A DNA stretch of 64,000 bases. Source: an uncultured Clostridia bacterium (GTDB lineage Bacteria > Bacillota > Clostridia > TANB77 > CAG-508). The position numbers and the translations under genes were made by a program. The notes below the pieces were generated by a model. That model saw only the letters and a program-made list of their open reading frames with translations. It had not been told where the DNA came from and did no database searches. This document shows, piece by piece, positions 58,342-64,000 of the stretch. The stretch covers positions 14,484-78,483 of the forward strand of contig CANQAI010000001.1 in assembly GCA_947589265.1 (NCBI GenBank). Direction: 5' to 3'. Position 1 is the first letter of the stretch; every line of letters starts with the position of its first letter.

Positions 58342-60099
58342 ATGAAGGGAAAATTAAAATGGATTATTTTAGCAGTCATAGTTTCATTAATAGCAGTAGT
58401 TACAGTAATTATTGTAATGAATGAATTAGGTATGCAATATACCATAGAAGAAATTAAAGAATATAACTATTTTGTACTTACTGAAAATTCTAAATATGGT
58501 GTAATTGACAAAAATGGAAATGTTATTATTGAACCTAACTATATAGCTATTCAAATTCCAAACCCTTCTAAACCAGTTTTTATATGTATAAGCGACTATA
58601 ATCAAGAAGCGAAAAATTATGAAACAAAAGTATTTAATGATACTGGAACACAAATTTTTACAGATTATGAAAATGTACAAGCAATTTCTATTAGTACTAA
58701 CATAGACTCTAGCCATTATGAAAAAAGTGTATTATCATATCAAAAAGATGGAAAATATGGCCTAATTACTTTAGACGAAAAAGTTATAACAAAACCAATT
58801 TATGATGAAATAAGTAGCATCAATTATAAAGAAGGCACATTTTTAGTAAAGAAAGACGAAAAAGTTGGCGTTATTAATATGAAAGGAAAAGTAATTATCA
58901 AAAACGAATATGAAACAATCACTTCTGATAATTATTATAATGAAACCACTAAAAATAAAACAACAGGATTTATTGTAAGCCAAAAAACAGAAGATGGCTT
59001 TAGATATGGTTATATAGATTATCGTGGACGTACTATATTAAACACAGAATATACTCAACTAAAAAGAGTTACTCAAATACCTAGTGAAAAAGATATTTAT
59101 TTCATAGCATATAAAGAAGGACAAGCAGGACTACTAAAAAACAAGCAAGTAATATTAAATTATGAATATCAAGAAATTTCTTATTATGCAGTTGATGATA
59201 TTTTCATTACAACACGTAATGGAAAACAAGGAGCTGTTACAAAAGATGGTCAAACAATATTACATTCAGAATATGATAGTATTCTATTTGGTGGAATTTA
59301 TTTAAATGCTACTAAAGGAGACGAAAACTTTATGTTTGACTTAAGTGGAAATCAAATAGAAACTGAAAGCATTAGTATGACAAAAACCGATAACCCAAAT
59401 TATTATATTGCAATAGATAAAAATGATGTATATACTGTTGTGGACGCAAATGGAAAAACAATTATAGATAACAATTATACATATATTGGATATTTGCCAG
59501 GCAGTTACTTTATTGTTGCTAAAGATGGAAAAAACGGAATTATTAATAGTAAAGGTGAAGTCATAGTAGAAATTAAATATACAAGTATTTTTAAATTTAA
59601 TGATACAAATTTAATTCAAGCAGAAATTGCAGACACAAAAACTATTGAATTATACAATATGAAAATAGAAAAAATAGTTAGTATGGATAATGCTGTAATT
59701 GGAGAATATAAGGCTTCTAGTATAAACCCTAATAAATATATAATGCTAACATCAGAGAATAACTTTTTATACTATGATGAAAACGGAAATGAACTGCAAG
59801 CAAAAGATGTATTTCCAAACAATACCCTTTTAGCTGAAAAAATAGATAACAAATGGGTATTTGTTGATAGAGAAGGAAACATAAAACTACAAGACAACTA
59901 TGAAATGATTACAGACTTTAATGAATACGGATTTGCAGGAATAAAAGTAAAAGGCAAATGGGGAGTAATAAACCAAAATGGAGAAGTGGTCCAAGAACCA
60001 ACTTATGAACTAGACTGGTATCAACCAAGCTTTTTAGGAAGATATTATAAAGTTAACACATGGTATACAGAAGCAAGATATAGTAGTGACGAAATATAA
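58342..60099 (+). CDS. WG-repeat (KWG-type) containing membrane-anchored protein
   Basis: N-terminal transmembrane helix, then at least 10 repeats of about 35-40 aa of the form (K)YG(V/L)I(D/N)..G..(I/V)I.P.Y..I. Confidence 0.6.
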   Translation: MKGKLKWIILAVIVSLIAVVTVIIVMNELGMQYTIEEIKEYNYFVLTENSKYGVIDKNGNVIIEPNYIAIQIPNPSKPVFICISDYNQEAKNYETKVFNDTGTQIFTDYENVQAISISTNIDSSHYEKSVLSYQKDGKYGLITLDEKVITKPIYDEISSINYKEGTFLVKKDEKVGVINMKGKVIIKNEYETITSDNYYNETTKNKTTGFIVSQKTEDGFRYGYIDYRGRTILNTEYTQLKRVTQIPSEKDIYFIAYKEGQAGLLKNKQVILNYEYQEISYYAVDDIFITTRNGKQGAVTKDGQTILHSEYDSILFGGIYLNATKGDENFMFDLSGNQIETESISMTKTDNPNYYIAIDKNDVYTVVDANGKTIIDNNYTYIGYLPGSYFIVAKDGKNGIINSKGEVIVEIKYTSIFKFNDTNLIQAEIADTKTIELYNMKIEKIVSMDNAVIGEYKASSINPNKYIMLTSENNFLYYDENGNELQAKDVFPNNTLLAEKIDNKWVFVDREGNIKLQDNYEMITDFNEYGFAGIKVKGKWGVINQNGEVVQEPTYELDWYQPSFLGRYYKVNTWYTEARYSSDEI

Positions 60100-60158
60100 T
60101 GGGTTATAGGTTACCTTCAAAATAAAAACCTAAATAATTTGATATAGGAAATAGTAAA

Positions 60159-61409
60159 ATGTACAAAAAATTTGGAATAAGTGAAAATTTATTAGAACTA
60201 TCAGAAAAGGTAGAAGAATCTATTAAAGAAGAATTTAAAAAAATAAATAAACTATGTGAATATAATAGTTTAAAAGTATTAAATGCATTTCAGAAATATA
60301 ACATTTCAGATATTCACTTTAATAGTACCACAGGTTATGGTTATTCAGATATTGGAAGAGACACAATTGAAAAAGTATTTGCAGAAGTACTTCACACAGA
60401 AGATAGCCTAGTAAGAAGCCAATTCATTTCTGGCACTCATGCATTAACAGTTGCTCTATTTGCTTTTTTAAGGCCAGGAGATACTTTTTTAAGCATTAGT
60501 GGTAAACCTTATGATACTCTAGATGAAGTAATTGGAATTGTAGACAATCAAAGCTCTTTAAAAGCACATAATGTAAAATATGAGCAAATAGATATGATAC
60601 AAAACGATTTCGATTATGAAAAAATAGAAAAAAGAGTAGCAAAAAATGATATTAAATTAATTGAAATACAACGTTCTAGAGGTTATAGCTTAAGAAAAAG
60701 CATTACTTTAGATAAAATAGAAAAAGTAATAAATACAATTCGCAAAGTTAATAAAACTGTTATTATAATGGTAGATAACTGCTACGGAGAAATGGTAGAA
60801 ACAATAGAACCAAGCGACCTAGGAGCAGACATTATAGTAGGCTCTTTAATAAAAAACTTGGGTGGTGGAATTGCACCAAATGGAGCATATATTGCAGGAA
60901 AAAAAGAACTAGTTGATTTAGCAGCACAAAGGTTAACTGCACCAGGACTTGGAAAAGAAGTAGGACCAACACTTGGAATAAATAAACAAATATTGCAAGG
61001 GCTATATATGGCACCTAGCGTAGTAGCAAGTAGCTTAAAAACAGCTATATTTGCAAGTAAATTGCTAGAAGAATTGGGATATGAGCCAAGTCCAAAATAT
61101 AATGAAAAAAGGTCAGATATTGTACAAACTATTACATTCCATAATGAACAAAAATTAATAAAATTTTGCCAAGGCATACAAATGGGTTCGCCAATTGATA
61201 GTAACTCAATTCCAGAACCATGGGATATGCCAGGCTATACAGATAAAGTTATAATGGCAGCAGGAGCATTTACACAAGGCTCATCAATAGAACTTTCTTG
61301 TGATGCACCAATAAGAGAGCCTTACACAGCTTTCCTTCAAGGTGGGCTTACTTATGAATATGGAAAGCTAGGAGTACTCAAAGCAGTACAAACTATGTTG
61401 GAAAAATAA
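60159..61409 (+). CDS. YnbB / aluminium-resistance family PLP-dependent enzyme (Cys/Met metabolism fold)
   Basis: Length (416 aa) and N-terminal pattern (YNISDIHFNSTTGYGYSDIGRDTIEKVFAEV...FISGTHAL) are typical of PF06838. Confidence 0.7.
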   Translation: MYKKFGISENLLELSEKVEESIKEEFKKINKLCEYNSLKVLNAFQKYNISDIHFNSTTGYGYSDIGRDTIEKVFAEVLHTEDSLVRSQFISGTHALTVALFAFLRPGDTFLSISGKPYDTLDEVIGIVDNQSSLKAHNVKYEQIDMIQNDFDYEKIEKRVAKNDIKLIEIQRSRGYSLRKSITLDKIEKVINTIRKVNKTVIIMVDNCYGEMVETIEPSDLGADIIVGSLIKNLGGGIAPNGAYIAGKKELVDLAAQRLTAPGLGKEVGPTLGINKQILQGLYMAPSVVASSLKTAIFASKLLEELGYEPSPKYNEKRSDIVQTITFHNEQKLIKFCQGIQMGSPIDSNSIPEPWDMPGYTDKVIMAAGAFTQGSSIELSCDAPIREPYTAFLQGGLTYEYGKLGVLKAVQTMLEK

Positions 61410-61419
61410 GAGGTAAATA

Positions 61420-62685
61420 ATGAAAGTAATTGTAATAGGTGGTGGACCTGCTGGAATAATGGCAGCCTTGCATTCAGCTAAATGCAAAAATGATGTAACA
61501 ATATTAGAAAAAATGGAAACTATAGGAAAAAAACTATTAATTACTGGCAAAGGTAGATGCAATATTACAAGTAGTCTTCCAATAGAAGAATTTATACAAA
61601 ATGTACCAGGTAACGGTATGTTTCTTTATAGTAGCTTTAACAAGTTTACAAATCAAGACATAATTAATATGTTAAAACAAGAAGGCTTAGAAGTAAAAGA
61701 AGAAAGAGGACATCGAATTTTTCCTGTTACAGATAATGCAAAGGATGTATTAAATGTATTTATAAAATTGTTGAAAAAACAAAATGTAAAAATTCAAACA
61801 AATACAAAAGTAGAAGAAATAATTGTAAAAGAAGGCAAAGCAGTTGGTGTGCAATGCCTTTTTTGTGGTAAAAAACAAACAATACTAGCAGATAAAATTA
61901 TTCTAGCAACAGGTGGAAAAAGCTATCCAGCAACAGGTTCAACAGGAGATGGATATTTACTAGCAAAAAAACTAGGGCATACTATTAAACCAATAAAACC
62001 ATCTTTAGTACCATTAACAGTTAATAAACCTTCACTTCAAATATGTAGTCAAATGCAAGGGCTAACACTAAAAAATGTTGCAATAAAAATACAAAATGAA
62101 GAAAACAGTAAACTCATATATGAAGATTTTGGAGAAATGCTATTTACACATTTTGGAGTCTCAGGACCTATAATATTGAGTGGCTCTGCACACTTACTTA
62201 GAGTTCAAAATATAGAAACTCTATTAAGGGAAGAAAAAATTTGCCTTACAATAGACTTAAAACCAGCTTTAACAGAAAACCAACTAGAACAAAGAATATT
62301 GCGAGACTTTGAAAAACAAAAAAATAAAGAATTTAAAAACAGTTTAAATGATTTACTACCTCAAAGAATGATACAAACAATAATACAGTTATCTAAAATA
62401 AATGAAGAAAAACAGGTAAATTCTATTACAAAAGAGGAAAGAAAAACTTTAGTAAATATACTTAAAAACTTCAAAATAACCATAACAGGTTTTAGACCAA
62501 TTGAAGAAGCTATAATTACATCTGGTGGTATATCCATAAAAGAAATCAATCCAAAAACAATGGAATCTAAATTAATTAATGGTTTATATTTTGCAGGGGA
62601 AATAATAGATGTAGACGCATATACAGGAGGCTTCAACTTGCAAATTGCATATTCAACAGGCTATGTAGCAGGCGAAAATGAATAA
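61420..62685 (+). CDS. HI0933/YhiN-family FAD-dependent oxidoreductase (BaiN-like)
   Basis: N-terminal Rossmann motif MKVIVIGGGPAGIMAA. 421 aa, consistent with the family. Confidence 0.8.
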   Translation: MKVIVIGGGPAGIMAALHSAKCKNDVTILEKMETIGKKLLITGKGRCNITSSLPIEEFIQNVPGNGMFLYSSFNKFTNQDIINMLKQEGLEVKEERGHRIFPVTDNAKDVLNVFIKLLKKQNVKIQTNTKVEEIIVKEGKAVGVQCLFCGKKQTILADKIILATGGKSYPATGSTGDGYLLAKKLGHTIKPIKPSLVPLTVNKPSLQICSQMQGLTLKNVAIKIQNEENSKLIYEDFGEMLFTHFGVSGPIILSGSAHLLRVQNIETLLREEKICLTIDLKPALTENQLEQRILRDFEKQKNKEFKNSLNDLLPQRMIQTIIQLSKINEEKQVNSITKEERKTLVNILKNFKITITGFRPIEEAIITSGGISIKEINPKTMESKLINGLYFAGEIIDVDAYTGGFNLQIAYSTGYVAGENE

Positions 62686-62691
62686 TAATTT

Positions 62692-63349
62692 ATGCAAATA
62701 TGTGAAAAGCAGAAAGTAGGAATAAAATTGAAAACAATTAACGAAAATATAACAGAGCAAATTATAGAAAAAAAGTCCAAATTTATTTGTGACTTAATTT
62801 ACGTAAGCTCTGAAAAAGAAGTGGAAGAAAACCTACAAAAAATTCGTAAAAAATATTATGATGCTAAACATCATTGCTTTGCATATAGGTTGCAAAATAA
62901 AAATGGAATAATAGAGAAATCAAGTGATGATGGTGAGCCATCTGGCACAGCAGGTGCACCTATGCTAAATTTACTTACAAAAAATGAACTTGTAAATTGT
63001 TTAGCAATTGTAACAAGATATTTTGGAGGAATACTTTTAGGAACGGGAGGACTAGTTAGAGCATACTCAGAAGTTACAAAAAACGCGATAGAAAGTGCAA
63101 ATATTGTAGAAGAATATTTACGGAGTAGAAATAAAGGTAACCCTATCATATCAAGATTTTGAAAATTTTAAACATTATTGTAACTTAAATCAAATTAATA
63201 TTATAAAAACAGAATTTAATGAATTTATATGTTGTAATATAGAATTAACTTTTAACGAAAAAGACCAATTATTAACTCAAATAGATAAAAAACAACTTAA
63301 TATACAAAATATAGAACTTTTAATGGAAAAGAATATAAAAAAATTATGA
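62692..63349 (+). pseudogene. yigZ: YigZ/IMPACT-family protein (UPF0029 + DUF1949) split by a frameshift between about 63110 and 63160
   Basis: Frame 1 (62692-63162) encodes the UPF0029 domain (KHHCFAYRL...DDGEPSGTAGAPML...VTRYFGGILLGTGGLVRAY). Another frame stays open from 63110 to the stop at 63347 and encodes ..LSYQDFENFKHYCNLNQINIIKTEFNEFICCNIEL.., matching the C-terminal YigZ domain. Confidence 0.6.
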
Positions 63350-63495
63350 CGAGAAACCATTGAAAAATAAATAAAAACAAAATAAAATGGAAAATTTTTC
63401 CAAAAACTATTGCAATTTATTTTTAAATTTAATATAATTTCAAACGTAAGAAATGTAAAAATTTTACAAATATTATTGAATAGGAGGAAAAAAAC

Positions 63496-64000
63496 TTGAA
63501 CGAAAAAATTACAGTATTAGTAGCTGATGACAATAATGACTTTACAATGACATTATCTAGTTATTTAGAAAAGGAGGAAGATATTCAAATAGTAGGAATT
63601 GCAAAAGATGGAAATGAAGCTTATAGTATGGCTTTAGAATTAAAGCCAGATATCCTTCTACTAGATATTATAATGCCACACTTAGATGGTTTAGGAGTAT
63701 TAGAAAAACTATTTGAATCAAATATGGATAAAAAGCCATTATGCATCATTTTATCAGCCGTTGGGCAAGACAAAATTACGCAAAGAGCAATTAGCCTAGG
63801 AGCACAATACTATATTGTAAAACCTTTTGACATTAATGTATTAATAAAAAGAATGAAAGAATTAAAAAATTATCAACCAACACAACTAAAAAATAATTTT
63901 ATTAGTAGAGAAATAAAAAGCCAATATATAGACATAGCACCAGATAAAAAGAAAAATCAAGAAAACTTAGAAGCATTAGTAACAAACGTTATACATGAAG
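63496..64000 (+). CDS. spo0A: Stage 0 sporulation protein A (Spo0A), 3'-partial because it runs off the window
   Basis: TTG start with GGAGG 8 nt upstream. Receiver domain with the Spo0A-specific stretch DIIMPHLDGLGVLEKL and phosphoacceptor context. The ..ALVTNVIHE start of the C-terminal DNA-binding domain is present at the window end. Not in the ORF track. Confidence 0.8.
   Translation, partial: MNEKITVLVADDNNDFTMTLSSYLEKEEDIQIVGIAKDGNEAYSMALELKPDILLLDIIMPHLDGLGVLEKLFESNMDKKPLCIILSAVGQDKITQRAISLGAQYYIVKPFDINVLIKRMKELKNYQPTQLKNNFISREIKSQYIDIAPDKKKNQENLEALVTNVIHE

Noticed and set aside
1-64000. Search for phage, transposase, integrase, restriction-modification, toxin-antitoxin or CRISPR-Cas signatures
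   Set aside because: No ORF in the window shows integrase/transposase catalytic motifs (DDE, tyrosine recombinase R..H..R..Y). None shows Cas protein features or restriction-modification methyltransferase motif sets. The only mobile-like feature is the small inverted-repeat element, which I reported separately.

Overview
This is about 64 kb of very AT-rich DNA (roughly 27-28% GC, with N/K-rich low-complexity inserts in many proteins) from an endospore-forming Firmicute that looks like a clostridial lineage. The sporulation markers are bofA, yabP/yqfC, yqfD, splB, a pdaA-like deacetylase and a 5' fragment of spo0A at the window end. Genes are densely packed and mostly on the + strand. The housekeeping backbone includes rnj, gltX, engB, serS, glmS, uvrC, ybeY, dgkA, era, recO, pth, trmB and two two-component systems. 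Seven accessory modules sit within it. (1) A type IV pilus block of a PilB-like ATPase, PilT and PilC. (2) An agr-type quorum-sensing locus with agrB, a 39-aa agrD missing from the ORF track, and a convergent AgrC-like kinase with a LytTR regulator. (3) Directly downstream of agr, two giant envelope proteins: a secreted C1 papain-like cysteine peptidase with four Ig-like repeats, and a 1646-aa alpha-2-macroglobulin-like thioester protein with an 8-helix membrane domain embedded in its middle. (4) A HydC-HydB-[GNAT]-HydA [FeFe]-hydrogenase cluster in which one H-cluster cysteine is replaced by serine. (5) A three-gene islet (GT-A-like, GT4, ATP-grasp) between recO and pth. (6) A sortase and an LPXTG protein whose reading frame stops straight after LPTTGF. 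(7) Two copies plus one remnant of a 160-190 nt intergenic element bounded by inverted repeats, and a roughly 250 bp GC-rich island downstream of engB. Two conserved genes (rng, yigZ) are split by frameshifts. I saw no rRNA, tRNA, CRISPR array, transposase or phage genes.
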